DNA of 64,000 bases from Neoconidiobolus thromboides FSU 785 (Eukaryota; Fungi; Entomophthoromycota), in contig MU626314.1 of NCBI GenBank assembly GCA_025603075.1, forward strand, positions 51,523-115,522, written 5' to 3'. The notes under the pieces were generated by a model. The model had not been told where the DNA came from and searched no databases. It saw only the letters and a program-made list of their open reading frames with translations. This document shows, in pieces, positions 1-14,238 of this stretch. The translations under genes were made by a program, and so were the position numbers. Each line of letters begins with the position of its first letter. Position 1 is the first letter of the stretch.

Positions 1-2797
1 AAAACTACAAAAGGAGGTCCTAGAATTAAAGGTAACTCCTATAGGTTTTTAGTAATTTTATTTAAACGTATTATATAGACAAAAGTTGAGCTGGCTAAAG
101 CAGAAAACGATTCCATTGTATTTGATCTTAAGAGTCAAATTGAAACCAACAATTTAACTATTGCAGGATTGGAGCAGAGGTATGATTTATTGGAAATATT
201 TTATAGTTTAATTAATGAAAATATAGGATTTCCCATCTTACAGCTACGAATGATACTCTTCTAGCTCAAATTGAAAAGGCTGAGGCAAAGGTTAACACAT
301 CTTTTATTTCTGTTATGTCAGAAGAAGAGAATTTAGCCAGTTCAGAGTCAAATACTGTAAATTATGACTTAATAAAGTACTTCAAGAAAGAAAAGGAAGT
401 TGTCCTTGCTAGAATTGAAGTTCTTGGAGCTGAAAATAGTCGCATTAAAAATGAGAGAGATAACATTCGTAAAGAATTAGACCATGTTCGTAATCTATTA
501 AATAACGTATAGTCTTTATTTTTTAGTTAATTAGATAAATAATAATATTTTAGGATGCTAAGAGAGGGCAGGACATGAATCAGATTTCTCATCTTAAACA
601 GCAATTAGACGAGAAAATACTTCATTTGAAGCAATTAAACGAAAGTAATATCCATTTAAGACAAGATAATGATTCTCTTTTGAAGAAAAAGTCCAAACTT
701 GAAGTAAAGCTTATTGATACTGAAAAGCGTTCGTTATCTGTAGATGGTAACTAAATTCAAATACAAAGTTATGTATTAATTTTTTTTTATAGCTAAACTC
801 CAAGAGGTTGAAAAAACAATCGAAGAGAAGGATAAACAGATTAGTGATCTTAAAAAAGATAACGAACATTGGATAAATCGTGCACAACAAATACTTAATA
901 GTGAGGTATCTTAATTTGATTTTTATTTTCCTTCCTTAACGTTATTTAGAGAGTCGACCCTGCAGATCATCAAAAAGTTAAAGATGAGCTAGATGCTGCA
1001 AACAAAGCTTTATCAGAATCAAAACATTCATTAGAAAAGCTAGACTTAACTGTTAAGGAGCTTGAAGAGGCGAGGAATGAATTGAATTCAGTGTCTGTAG
1101 CTTTGAAAGAGGCTCAAATTTCTATAGAACAATATAAGCTGGATATCGAATCATTAAAAGCAAATAATAAAAACGAATTAACTGATCTAAAGGAAAAGCT
1201 TAATAAGCAAGCTAAAATAATGGTTGCGTATAAAAAGAAGCTCCAACAAGTTCAAGCTAATAATGCTCAGCAAGGGGGTGCTAATAATGCTCAGCAAGGA
1301 GGAACGGAAGCATCAAATAAACTTCAAGATAATTACAATGCAGCGCAACAAGAAATTTCCCAGCTTAAGCAGCAAGTTAGTTCTAGCTCTTTAGAAGTTT
1401 CAAAACTTAATCAAGAGTTAGACCAAGTCAAAAAAGAAAGAGCCGAGATCATAACCCGTATCAAGAGTGGTGAAGATTCTAATCAAAATCAAGGAAATAA
1501 TGAAAATTTAAAATCATCATTAGAGTCCAAAAATAAAGAGTTAGAAACACTAAACTCAACTATAAGAGTATTACAAGAGGACAAATCCGTCTTAGAATCT
1601 AAAGTTTCTTCGTTGGCGAATGATTCTAAGCTACTTTATGAAAGTATGCGTCTTCTTGTAATTCCAGAAGACAAGAAGAACGAAACCCCAAACAAGATCT
1701 CACAAATTATCAAACTCTATGGTAAATATAAAGTGATGGCAAACTCCCAACCTAAAGACAAGGCCCAGGGATCAACAGAAGTTAAGGGGGATAGCGTCAA
1801 AGGTAAAGCTCAGGGCACATCAGAAGTTAGGGAAGAAAACGACAAACAGGTCCAGGAGTTAGAAAAGGAAATCAGTTCTCTCAAAGAAGAGTTATCTCTA
1901 ATAAGAACTAGTTACGACAAACTGGTTACTGATAATCAACTAACTAAAGAAAGTAATCACAAGTTGGCGCATGATATTGCTAGCCTTCAAACTGTCAATG
2001 GTAACCAACTTGAAGAGATTAATAGTTTAAAGGTAGAGCTTAGTGCCAAACTTGCTGAAATTAATTCCCTTTCTCAAGAAATAGAAAAAGTCACTGAGGA
2101 GAAACGGAAGGTAGTTTCAACCTTAGAAATGCGCGGCAAGGCACTCTCAACTAAGCATGTGAATCAATCCAAGAAATTACAAGAAGAAATTTCAGAATTA
2201 AAGAATGAAGTGAGTAGATTAAATAATGAACTTAGTGGTTTTAAAGAACCAAACTCAAACCCAGTGGCCATTCCAAATCCAAACATGGAATCAAATACAT
2301 TTTCTGAGCAACTGGTGAATGAAAATATAAATGATAATGGATCAACCAACCTTCATAGGGAACAGCAATCAGAAAGTGATAATGTAGACAAAGCTTTGGA
2401 AATAAGAAGTTCTACAATACTTCCTAGCTCAACAGATGAAATAATTAATCAAAACTCAGACATCCAAAGTACTCAAACTGAAGATGCTCAAATTAGAAAT
2501 AAAAGAAAATCTCCTGTTCCAGAAAATATCCCAGCCCCCGAAAGTGAAGTATTACATTTAAACAAAAAAGTAAAAGAGGCTGAAGTTAAGGATGACTCAC
2601 TTGGAAATGATCCTCAAGCTGTATCAGAAAATAAAAATGAAGCATTAGGTAGTGAGCCTTTAGATGCCCCTGAACAAGGCACTAAGCCAGTTAATGAAAA
2701 TGAAGAAGGAGATTTGGAAGTTGAAGGACTTTCGCCTTTACCTGAGAATTTAGACCTAGGAGATTTGTCAGATAATGAGCCTAACAATGAACAATAA
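1..2797 (+). CDS. TPR: Tpr/Mlp1-like nuclear basket coiled-coil protein, paralogue A (5' part lies outside the window; multi-exon)
   Basis: Spliced exons give YDLIKYFKKEKEVVLARIEVL...LKQLNESNIHLRQDN...WINRAQQILNSE|RVDPADH. This matches the Tpr/Mlp pattern (LRREKEI...LRESN..LR...WK.R.Q.IL...DP). It is followed by coiled coil and an acidic disordered tail (ORFs 315-512, 1082-2797). Confidence 0.75.
1256..1303 (+). repeat. 24-bp coding tandem duplication (ANNAQQGG x2)
   Basis: gctaataatgctcagcaagggggt followed by gctaataatgctcagcaaggagga. Confidence 0.9.
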
Positions 2798-3560
2798 ATA
2801 TTAAATGAGTTTGTTTCTTAAAAGTAAATTGATCAGATTGCTACGCAAATAAAAATATACTGTACTTAAAAATATTAAAATAGTTTATATTTATTTTACT
2901 ATTGTTAAATTTAAATCTCTATTATATCAACTTCCAGCAGCTTAACTATTTACAAAGAATAATAATAAAAAGTTGTTTTTAAGATATAAAGTTGTCAACA
3001 CATTTTAAGATTAAAAAATTTCATTTTCTATAGACGTGTTTTGGACTATTGAAATCAATATAAAATTATCAGTTTCAGCAAAAAATGCTATCAAAAATAA
3101 CAGTAACAATAAATTTTGCTTGACTTGTAAAATTATACTATAACGATATAACAAATATAATCGTGATTTTATAAATTTTTTGAACATTTTTTTGTATTTA
3201 TGTTAAACCATTAAAGATAATCTAACCTTAGGATCTTATAAGTAAAGTTTTTATACTTTTGACAGCAATCTAAGGCAACTTTTAAAGGTTAAACAAAATT
3301 AAATCCTGCTATATCATATGAAGCAAACCATTATTATACTTAAAGGACAAGCTTAAACTTATATTCTTATAAAAATAACAGGTTAAGTCTAGAGTTAATA
3401 AAGTTGCTACATTTGAGCGCTTCAGTTTAGCTATTGTTAGAACTAAGCTATGCATAGAATATTCCAAAATATTACCATGATTTGCTTGAATGTAATGCGT
3501 AATTTCTAGTTGAATTGTAAAATTAGAATAATATTAGTTTTGAATTTCTATTTTTTTAAT

Positions 3561-6500
3561 ATGAATACAGACATACCAGAGGTCTCAATTCACACCGAAC
3601 TTGGAGTTGATGAATCTGTCATTTTAAGTTTGAGGAAGAAATGCAAGCGTGATAAAAACTTAAGGCAATTATTCACTGCCATCGAACTTTTGTTTTCAGA
3701 AGAAGGATCTTATACTAAATTTAAAAGAGAGATCATCGAACTTAATAAACAACAATTAGAAAACAATCTGAAACATTGTAAGATTATATTTATGCACTGG
3801 TAATAGCTAACTTTCTTAGCACAAACTATTAAAACTTTTGAAAATCAAATTGATAAATTAAAATCCGAAAGAGATCTATCAAAAATCAAAGAACAAGAAA
3901 ACAAGGCCAATCTAAAAGGTATAAAAATATGTCTTTTATCATCAAGTTAAATTCACTTTTATACAAATAAAGAAATTGAAGACTTAAAGGGAAAACTAAA
4001 GGATGTAACAGAAAAATTCGTTGAATTCAAAAGCCATGGAGGGAAGGAAAGTTTAATAAGCACTTTGAATTCAAAGATCTCAGAATTAGAAGCATCAAAA
4101 CGTATTAATATATTGTATATAAAAAGAAGATACTAACTAATTGATAGTGACTGTAGAATCCCGTGAAAAAATGTTATTTGAAATTAGAAAGGAAAATTGT
4201 GATCTTAATACCAAAAATAACCAATTAGAGTCAACGCTATCTATTTTGAAAGTATTTTTTTGTGCTTTGATATCTTAATCAAACTTACATCTACTTAGGG
4301 GAAAGAAAAAATCATGGATCAGAAAGTAATGTTCCATCAAGGACATTCTGATTATCTTCAAAAAGAGCTAGATAATAAAATTAATGAATTTTCTGAATAT
4401 AGGGTTCAAAAGGTATATACTTAAACTCAATTTGTAGCTAACTAAAATATTATTAGTCAACTGAAATAACCATGCTAGGCAGTCAGAATGAAATGCTCCA
4501 AAAAAATATTCGGGATTTGATGTCAGATAAGGAAATTTTAAATACTAAGGTTGAAAAATTATCAGGCCAAGTCAAAGTGGAGGAAGAAAAGATTATGGAG
4601 CTAAACAAAGCAGCTAGTGAAAATGAAACAAATTATAAAAAAGATTTGAGCGAAAATTTGCTAATGTCAGACTTTTACCAAACAAAAGCAAATAATGCTG
4701 ACGAGAGAGTTCAAACTTTAGAAGAAAAGCTAGAGAAAGCCGAAACCGCATTAAGAGAGATTAAAAGCGAGAAAGAAGATATTAAAGGTAGATATGAATT
4801 TAATGAAAAAGAGATGAAAGAAAAACTTTCAACTTTAGAAAGGCAAATCGAAGTATATGAAAACCACCATGAAGCCCTTGAGCAACTTGATCCTTCATCA
4901 GAGATTGGATCATTTAACTTGAATTTAGTAGATCCAAAATCTGGAAAGCCATACGTAAAAATGATTTCAGATTTTTATATACTCGAGAGCAAATTAAAAT
5001 CTGAAGAAGAAAATTGTTTAAAGTTAAAAGAAATGTTAGACATTTTAGTCAAAGAATATGAATTAAAAGCCTTAGATTATGAGAATGTTGAACGGTATTC
5101 TGAAGAGCTATTGATTAAGCTTGATCGAGCTTTAACCTCGGAGAAAAGAAGTACAGACCAATTGAAAGAGACATACCAGAAATATGAAGACTTAACAATG
5201 GAATGTATATATATAAAAGATAAAGTTGATAAGCTCGAAATTATTCGTCGATTTTATGAGAACCAGATTGAAGTTCTCAGTCAAAACACAAAAATTGATG
5301 AAAGCATTGGCGAACAGTATCATGCGAATACAACTTTACAGCCTGGAGATACAAACAGTAATGCTATTCGTCTATGGGGTGACAATGAAATGCAGAATGT
5401 TTTAGGAAACAATTTTAAATTGATACGCGGCGATGATGAAGTACAAGATAGAGGAACTAAGTGTGATAATAATTTGACTGAAATGGTAAAACTTTCGATT
5501 CATTATTAAAACTGATAACTAATAGTTAGGAAATACAAAATATTTTGAAAATTAACCAAGAGTTAAAAATACAAGTAGCTAATGAGACACAGCGGTAATT
5601 TACATTATAAAGCATGATTTTATCTAATTCTTTATAGCTTAAGTGATGCGCAAAAAGAAATTAGAGAACTAAAAAAAGTTGCAAATAAAGATTATGACTC
5701 CTCGATTTGTAATGACATGGATGAAAGTGAGGACGAAAATGAAAATTTACAGATGGACGAGTCTAACCCTGAATTAATTGACGTAAAATTAATATACTTT
5801 CAATTAATATAACGTATTTATATATTTAGGTTGATTTTAATAAATCAAAAAAAGCACATAATGAGAAGATAGAATTTTTAAACAAACAAATAGATAAAAT
5901 GGCTGCAGAAATTAATATAAAAACCGAAAGTATAGCACATTTGGAAGCAAGTTTATTATTCGCGGAAGGTATATATTTATTTTTAGATATAAATTGGTAT
6001 TAATATTTTAGTTCAAAACAAAACGAAAGCTAGTCAGTACGAAACTATAATCGAAGAAGCTGCTGAGTTGAAAGTTAAAGTTGATAGTTTGAAAGATGAA
6101 GTTAAAGAAAAAGATGAAAGATATTACAAAGTAACCCATTTCCCCTTTATTTATTTGTTGTTATTTACTCCTTTAGCTCAATGAAAATTTTGATAAAATT
6201 AGGACTCAAATCGCAGGAGATAAAACCATGCTTTCAGAAAGCACAATTGAAATTGAGTTGTTAAAGGTCGCTAATTTTTTCTTTATTTTTTAATATTAAA
6301 GCCCGAATAGAAAGAGAAGCATAAAACTGAAACAGACTTGATGGAATTAAATAAAGAAAATATTGCGTTTCGTGATCGTATTGTAGAGTTACAACATAAA
6401 TTGGAAACTTCCTTAAAAGATACAACTTTAGAGTTGAAACAAAAAGATGAACTAATTGATGCTCTTAAAAGAGAAAGGTAACATCATTGCAACCTTATAA

Positions 6501-9500
6501 AAACATCTAACTTTTATAAAGTGCTGAATTTAAAGGAATATCTGAAAAGTCCAAAAAAGACCTTTTATCTCAAAATGCACGACTTGAAAGAGAAATCGAT
6601 CTTTTTCAAGATCGTGTTAATTCATTGGTAAGTTTTATAAAGATTACTAGTTTGTTTATTTATTTTATGTAGAGCTTAGAAAAAACCTTGGTTGATGAAA
6701 AGCTTTTAGTTGCTGAAAGCGATTTAGCTAATCAGAAAAAGCTTATAAACTCATTAACTTTAGATAAGGAAAAAGTTGAACAGTTTATAAAATCTTTAAA
6801 GAGTACTGGATCAGTCAATGAAATTTTTTTAAGTTTACGGTATTTTTTTGTATTTTTTTGCATTTTTTATCAAATATTAACTTCAATCAAAGTAATGAAT
6901 TAGCCGAAGCTAAAGACGAGCTTAAAAGGAGTCGTCAATATCAGTTAAATTTCCAAAACATCTCGAAAGCAAGTGAAGAGGCACTTGATAAATTATCAGT
7001 TGAATTCAAGGAGTATAAATTATCTCAAGAAAATGAGTCAAATAATCGTGATCAAAGTTTTAAACAGCAATTAGAAAGTTATCAACAGCTAGAAGATCAG
7101 TTCAATAAACTAAAAAAAACACATTTGGAATGTCTTGAAAGGGAGGAAAGTCTAGCCAGTGAAATCAATAGAATAAGCTCCCAATTGACATCAAGTACAC
7201 TTGATTATCAAGAAAAGGTCAAGGAACTTGAGCTCCTTCGAGGGGAGAAAAACTCTGATTTTGATCATTACCAGAGCGAAATCCAATTAATTAATCAAAG
7301 AATTGAAGAGGAAAGGTCAAAGCATAGTCAAGAAATTAACTCAATATTGTCACTTAAAGAAAAAAATGAAGATCTAATAAAAGGAATATCAGATGCTAAG
7401 GTAAAATCTAAATATACTATTTACTTTGTTCTAATTTTTATTTAGTCACAACTTGAGATAAAGGATAGTAAACATCAAGAATTTATTGACAGTTTCAAGA
7501 AAGAGCAAGATGATCTATATAAAAAACTTCAGGAAGTAACTTTAAAGTAAGAGGCTTGAATTTTTGTAAATACATACTAATTCAATTATAGCTATAATAC
7601 ATTAATCAATATAAACGAATCACTTTTGAAACAACGTGAAAAATCAAATTTAACTATAAAAAGCGTGCATTCGCCCACTAGTTCTGCAGTAGCCACAGAT
7701 GCAAAAACGCCTGATGCTGACCAATTAAATTATGACATCATACATCATCTAAGGAGAGAAAAAGAGTTTGCTCTTGCCAAAAATGAATCCCTTGAGGCCG
7801 AAATTAATCGTATTAAAATAGAAAAATCTAATGCTTTAAGAGATTTAGAGTTAACACGTGCATCAATTAATAATGTACTTTAATATGTATACATTATACC
7901 AAATACTAACTAAAATATAGGATGGTAGCAAAGGGCAAGACTCTTCAAGGTCTTCGTCTATTAGTCAACAATTAGATGATAAAATTAAGCAAATTAATCA
8001 ATTGAATGAAAAAGAAATACACTTAAAGCTTGAAAACCAAAAACTATTGGATGACAAAACAGAATTAGGTTTGAAACTTCAAGAGTGTAAAAATCGTTGT
8101 TCTGATATATCAGGTATTTAGAATTAAAATTTTATTGACCTTTATCAACTTAATTTAATTATAGTTGAACTCCAAAAGGCCAAGCAATTATTAGAAAATA
8201 AGAATGAAAAGATCAAGAACCTTGAGCAAGATAATGAGCGTTGGATCAATCGTGCTCAGCAAATTCTTAACAGTGAGGTATTTGTCAATAGCTATATTTG
8301 TAATTTTATACTTTAACTTTTTAAAGAGGGTCGATCCATCAGAACATGAAAGGCTCAAAGAAAAACTGGAGGTTACAAACAAGGCATTAGATGATGCAGA
8401 AGGGTCTTTAAAGGGTTTGGATGATCTTAAGAAGCAACTTGAAGAATCTAAAGCTGCCCTAGATTTAAAAAACAGTGAAATTGCTGATCTTGAAAATAAA
8501 GTAGAAAGCCAAAGCAAAATGATAACAAAATATACAACTATATTGACAAGGCTTAGACAACAGAAAAAGCAACTAGGTCAAGGGATCGCTAAGCAGGAGG
8601 AACTCGAAGATTCTAATAGTCAACAGCTTCAATCCACTGACCTTGCTAATCCTGTTGATCCTGAAACGACCTTGCTCAAAAATACGGTCAATAGTCTAAA
8701 ACAAGCTAGAATTCGCGACGCACAAATACATAGGAGTCAACAAGATAAGTTGAATCAGGCCAAATCAGTGGAAATTAAAAAACTCAAAGATGATTTGGAG
8801 CAGCTCAGGAAAGAAAAGAATGAATCTGAGGCCAAACTCAAAGAATTAGAAATGAATGGACAAGCCATTGAATCATCAAAAGATACTATACTTTCATTGG
8901 AAGCTAAAATTAAAGACTTGGAATCACAAGTTTCTGCTTATGGTGCCATTGATAAAGAAAAGGCTGGAAACGAAATTGACAATAAAATTTTTGCTGATGT
9001 GATGCGCCTCTTAAATATTACCAAAGGTGGGAAGGAATCAATACCTGGTAAAATAGCATATCTGATAAAACTTTTCAATAAGTATAAAAAAGATAGTAGT
9101 AATTTAGAAAGTTCAAATGCATCCAATGATAAAATAGTAAGGGAAAATTTGTTACTTAAAGAGGAGCTTTCAAACATAAAAGCTGAACTCGAAAATATGA
9201 AAAATAGGTTCAATAACCTCCAATCAGATAAAGAAAAGTTACTAAGAGAGATAAATGATCTAAAGGCAGCCCTTGATGCTAAGATCATGGAACTGGATAC
9301 TATTATGAAGGAAAAGGAGCAGATATCAGAAAACTTGAAAGAACAAAATAAGGTAACTTACAATGATTATAAAAACCAAATCAATAGGTATGAGCAAGAA
9401 ATTTTACAGTTAAAATCCGAAATTAAAACGTTGAAATCGGATACTTTGAACGGTAAAACTAAGGATATTAACCCTCCTATCCTTCTTCAAGAGTCTGTTG

Positions 9501-9979
9501 ATTTAGAGAAACATCATGAGTCAAAGCCACAACTAAGTCAACACCAACATTTAACAAGTATACCAATTCAAAGAGGTGAATCAACCCCAGCCCAAATTTC
9601 GGATTTACCAACTAGTAGTAATACTTTTGTGCTTAGTCCAATCTTTAATAGCTCTAAGAAAAAAATGGAAAGAATCCCTGATATTGAAATAACCCAAAAT
9701 GATAACAATCAAATTGGAGATAAAAGAAAATCGCCATCCGCTGATGATAACAATACCCCTGAAATTTTCTCACGTACTAACAAAAAAACAAAGGAGGATA
9801 TTGAGCTAAACAATGATGATCAAGCAAAATTAGAAGACTCTACTGAAATTATTAATAGTGATATTGAGGATACCAATGCACCAATTAGTGAAAGTGACTC
9901 TGAAGATGTAGGGCTTTCTCCTATACCTGGAAATTTGGACTTAGATGAGCTGTTGGAGGATGAACCAACAAACACTTAG
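3561..9979 (+). CDS. TPR: Tpr/Mlp1-like nuclear basket coiled-coil protein, paralogue B (complete, many introns)
   Basis: ATG at 3561 (MNTDIPEVS...). The exons I traced join in frame across GT-AG introns. Contains YDIIHHLRREKEFALAKNESL and WINRAQQILNSE|RVDPSEH; stop at 9977-9979. Confidence 0.78.
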
Positions 9980-10450
9980 TTTTTAGGGGCCTTTATTAAA
10001 GCAAAGATATCCAAGTATTTTATTAAATATTTTAATTATAAAAATTATACTTTGAGTTTGAATTTTCACTTGTATAGCATTGGGACCATAAGCTTTTATT
10101 TACTAAAAAAACTAAAGTTTTAAATATGAACAATTCAATAGAAATATTGAAATGTGTTAACAATAGTAAAACAATAGTTGATAGATTAATTGCAACTTTT
10201 AAATGAAATAAAGATAGCCAAATACTATCAAAGTATTGCTTTTGATAAAAAATTTAATTCGTTAAGTTTTAAAATTAACCAAATTGAACATTCTGAAAAT
10301 AAATAATATTAACCCTATTTTCAATTTTTATAAACATTGGTTTTTAAAATAAAATTAATAATCTAATCACAAAAACCTCATTTTAAATGCTAATAAAATT
10401 TCAAAATTTCATTTAATTTAAAATACAAAGCTCCCAAAATTTACTAAAAT

Positions 10451-12895
10451 TTAAGTCCATCTAAAAATAATAAATATTTATCATTGTAAATTTGAATATA
10501 ACTTACATTCTTATAGTAGCATCATCACTAGCAGAAGCAAACATATTTCCATGAGCTTTATTCCAGCATACTACATTAACCATTTTTGAGTGGCCCTTTA
10601 AAACGTGAGCTGCTTCTTCTTCATTAACAGTCCATACATAAATATTATTATCTAGTTTATATTAAATCAAGTACAAAAATAAACTATTTAAACTAACCTT
10701 CACTTCCAGAAAGAACATAATCTCCCTTTGCTCCACCAAAACAGGATCGAATAACATACCTGGTTTGAGCATGTCCAGTATATCTTTGGATTATTTTATT
10801 TTGATCTAAACTCCAAAGATTTAAAAGCTAACAAAAATATATCATATTATTTTAAATAAATTGATATCGATTTACCCCAGAATCCTTGCGGCTAAATAAA
10901 ATAAATTCTTCATCATTTGAAAGTGAAATGGAGATAGCATCTTCATCAATTACTCTAAAAATTATTAAATAATTTAAAATAGTTATCATTGCTTACTTTA
11001 TAACTTTTTTAGTTGAAAAATCAAAAATTTTAATTTGATTGTTAGATGTAACAACCATTTTTGAGCTATCTTTAGTTAGCAAAATATTTGTAACAATTAA
11101 ATCATCCCAAGTGTATTGTATAGTACCATTGACGTCCTAATAGAAAATTAATAATATGATATTTTACTAGAATAAATTCAAACCCATAGATAAGTTTTTT
11201 TATCGCCACTTGAAGTTATAAAGGAGTGCGAATTAGGGACCCAAACACATGCTGAAATTATTTTTTTATGTTTGTCAATAACTTTTAGTAATCTTCCAGA
11301 CTAAATGATTGTGTCAGTAAAAAAATAAAAATAAAGATAAAATAATAGCAATTACCCTGGCTTCCCAAACCATTGCCTTGAAATCACTCCCACATGTTAA
11401 AATATATTTATCATCAAATGACCAACAAATTAAAGAAACGGAACCTTTGTGTCCTTGTAGAGTATGAATTGTTTTACTTTCCTTTTAATATTTAGTAAAG
11501 TTCATTTCATATCTTTAAAATTACCTCTAAACTCCAAATATTAGCATAGCTATCTTTCGATGCCGAAGCTAAATACTTTCCATTATTAGAAAATTCAATA
11601 TGCCAAATCTCATCATCGTGATCATTTATAACCATCGTCTCTTGCAATGGAAATTTTTCGCTTTTAATATTTAATATTTGATATTCAATGTCTTATCTCA
11701 TAATAATAATAATAAAAGCTACCTTCCACAACGATGATCACTAAACAAAGAATCACTTGGCTCAGGATTATTATGGTAGAAACAACTTCGTCTTTGATAT
11801 CTTACTGCTTGGTTTAAAAGAGTCATTAAACGGTCCCTTGGAATCATCACTGACGCAGGAATATATTCTAGAAGAGCCTTAGTAAAGACAATGTGTTATT
11901 TGAATAATATTACGTTGAATGTCTTCAAGAAGTAAATATCTGGATTGTCCTTCGCTCCCATCCCAATCGGCTTTACTTTTAATTTTTGAGATATTTTTAC
12001 AAAAGAGAAGACTAATCAATTAGTTAAGCTTATTTTACTAATTAATATAAATACCTTGCTAAAAGATGAAGTCGATCGATATTTATTTCCAATGGAGCAA
12101 GCTCATGTTGCAATATATGTACTGCATCTGTGTATTCTCTTTTCTCTAAAAGCTCTAAAAACTTTTGCTGCCTAATATAAAACTAAAAAATAAATGACTA
12201 TATAAAGAAATAGCAATTAGTAGCATACTATGATAGCTTGAACATCATCAACTTCAACCTCTACGATCAAATTTTCCGCTTCATCCCATTGTCCATTTAA
12301 AACACAGTTTCTTATTTGTGCTATCACATCTGATTCTAACGCGATACCAGTTTCTTGTTCTAACTTTTCAGCCGATTCTCTAAATATGTTAATATAAAAT
12401 ATTAAAATAAAAATGCAATTACAAAAGTCCAGCGTTTGTGAGATATTGGTTAATCAATCTTATTATTTGATTGTTATCAAAAAGAACCAATCCTTGCTCT
12501 TCAGACTTATTTTTATCTTCCGCATCTATTCCATTTTCGTTTCCTTTCCCATTTTGGATTCCATTTGATGCTTTTTCTTCCATTTCGACAATTTCTCTTA
12601 ATCTCTTCCTATCAGGAAAACTTATATCAGTTGGTAGTGATGCGCTTGTATTTGGTGGATTATCTCTTAGTAATTGATTATTAATTAACCTAGAACGATT
12701 GAAATTTCCAACTTCTGATCTTTCTAAAGAATCTCTAATAAACCTTGTAATTTGATATTGACCCCGACTTAAATATGAATCCGACTGATTAGGGCGATCA
12801 ACTGGAGAGTGAGAAGATTCAGATGACGAAATTATATCTTCCTGACCGCGCCTATTCGACGGATCCGTATTATCTTGTTGTGAATAATTCCTCAG
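10451..12895 (-). CDS. GID7: LisH/CTLH + WD40 protein, GID7/WDR26 family (start uncertain: first in-frame AUG 12583, open frame extends to 12928)
   Basis: LisH-like IIRLINQYLTNAGL, several WD repeats, and C-terminal [32 protein letters not shown]. Stop at 10451-10453 after a final intron. Confidence 0.8.
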
Positions 12896-14238
12896 CTTTG
12901 AATATTTATAGAGCTTAAGTTTAAGTGGTTATAAACTAATAAAAACGTATTAATGAGGTGAGTAATAAGTTGTATTATTTTGTTTAAGCTAATATTTGAT
13001 TTAAATTATTATAGCTTTTTTTATTACCTTTAGCTCAAACAGTTATTATTACTCTTTAGACACTTACTTGGTTACTCGCTGTTATTAAGTTGAACTTAAT
13101 AGGATCAAAACTTAAAGTGAAGTGACTATTTTTTTGACTTTATAATTTTGACGCATTTGCTAAGCATATTTTACAATACTTTATACTTTGGATTTTGGGC
13201 AACAAATTCAATTTATATATAAATAAATGATGCATTATATGACTATGTGTATAATAAGTGATGTAAATATTAGTATTGTAACTTTAAAAGACTGTCTATT
13301 ATGACGATTCAACTATCATAGAAATTATATAAGAAAAAAGCAAGTTATATGATATTTATTTCAATAAAATTACAGGTACAAATTCACACTAAATGCGCTA
13401 TCACTAAAATGGTTTAGGATTTTATCATAGTAAACATTTTAAGCATTAAATGGTAATGTTTCGAACTTTATTATTATCAATATAAAGTTTGATGCTTAAT
13501 ATCAAAATCGTATATATGTGTTTCTTTTGATATGAAATAGAACTCTTCAATAAACATTACTCAATCCCAAAAGCAATTATATTGTAGTATCAATTTATAT
13601 AACACTTTTTATGATTTTTATGTTTACTCTCGAAAAAAACATTACCAACTTGATATTTTAATTGAATAAAAATAAACTATTTTGAACATTACCTTTTTTA
13701 AATAATATACTTGCATTAAAAAGGCTTTCACAGTATTTTTAAATAGTGAGCATAATATAGCATCAGCTATTTTTATAAATTTATGAAATTTAGCATTTAT
13801 GAATATATATAAAACGTTTAGCATTTATACAGAAAAGTAGGCAACTTATAAAACTTAGCAAAGATAACAGTAGTGATTGGTAAACATTGATTCTATACGA
13901 TTTATTTGATAAAATATTTGATTTTTTACCCATTATCACCAAGCAGTTTTTCTATTTTAATACCTAAAAGCACAAAAAAAACTTTAGATAATAGCTATAA
14001 AACCAAATTGACACAAATAACTAAAAATAAATAGATCCTAATAAACCTATGCTTTGTTTTATAAATTTTGGCATGTAGATATCTATAAGACAAGCTAATA
14101 AGAATTCACATACTGCTGAATATGCTATAGTCAAATACAAATAGAAACTTAGTTATATATAGTAACCTAAATCTAATATCAAAAACTAAACATTGAATGT
14201 AGTCGGCCATTTTAATATTAGTATTCAATTAAACCATT

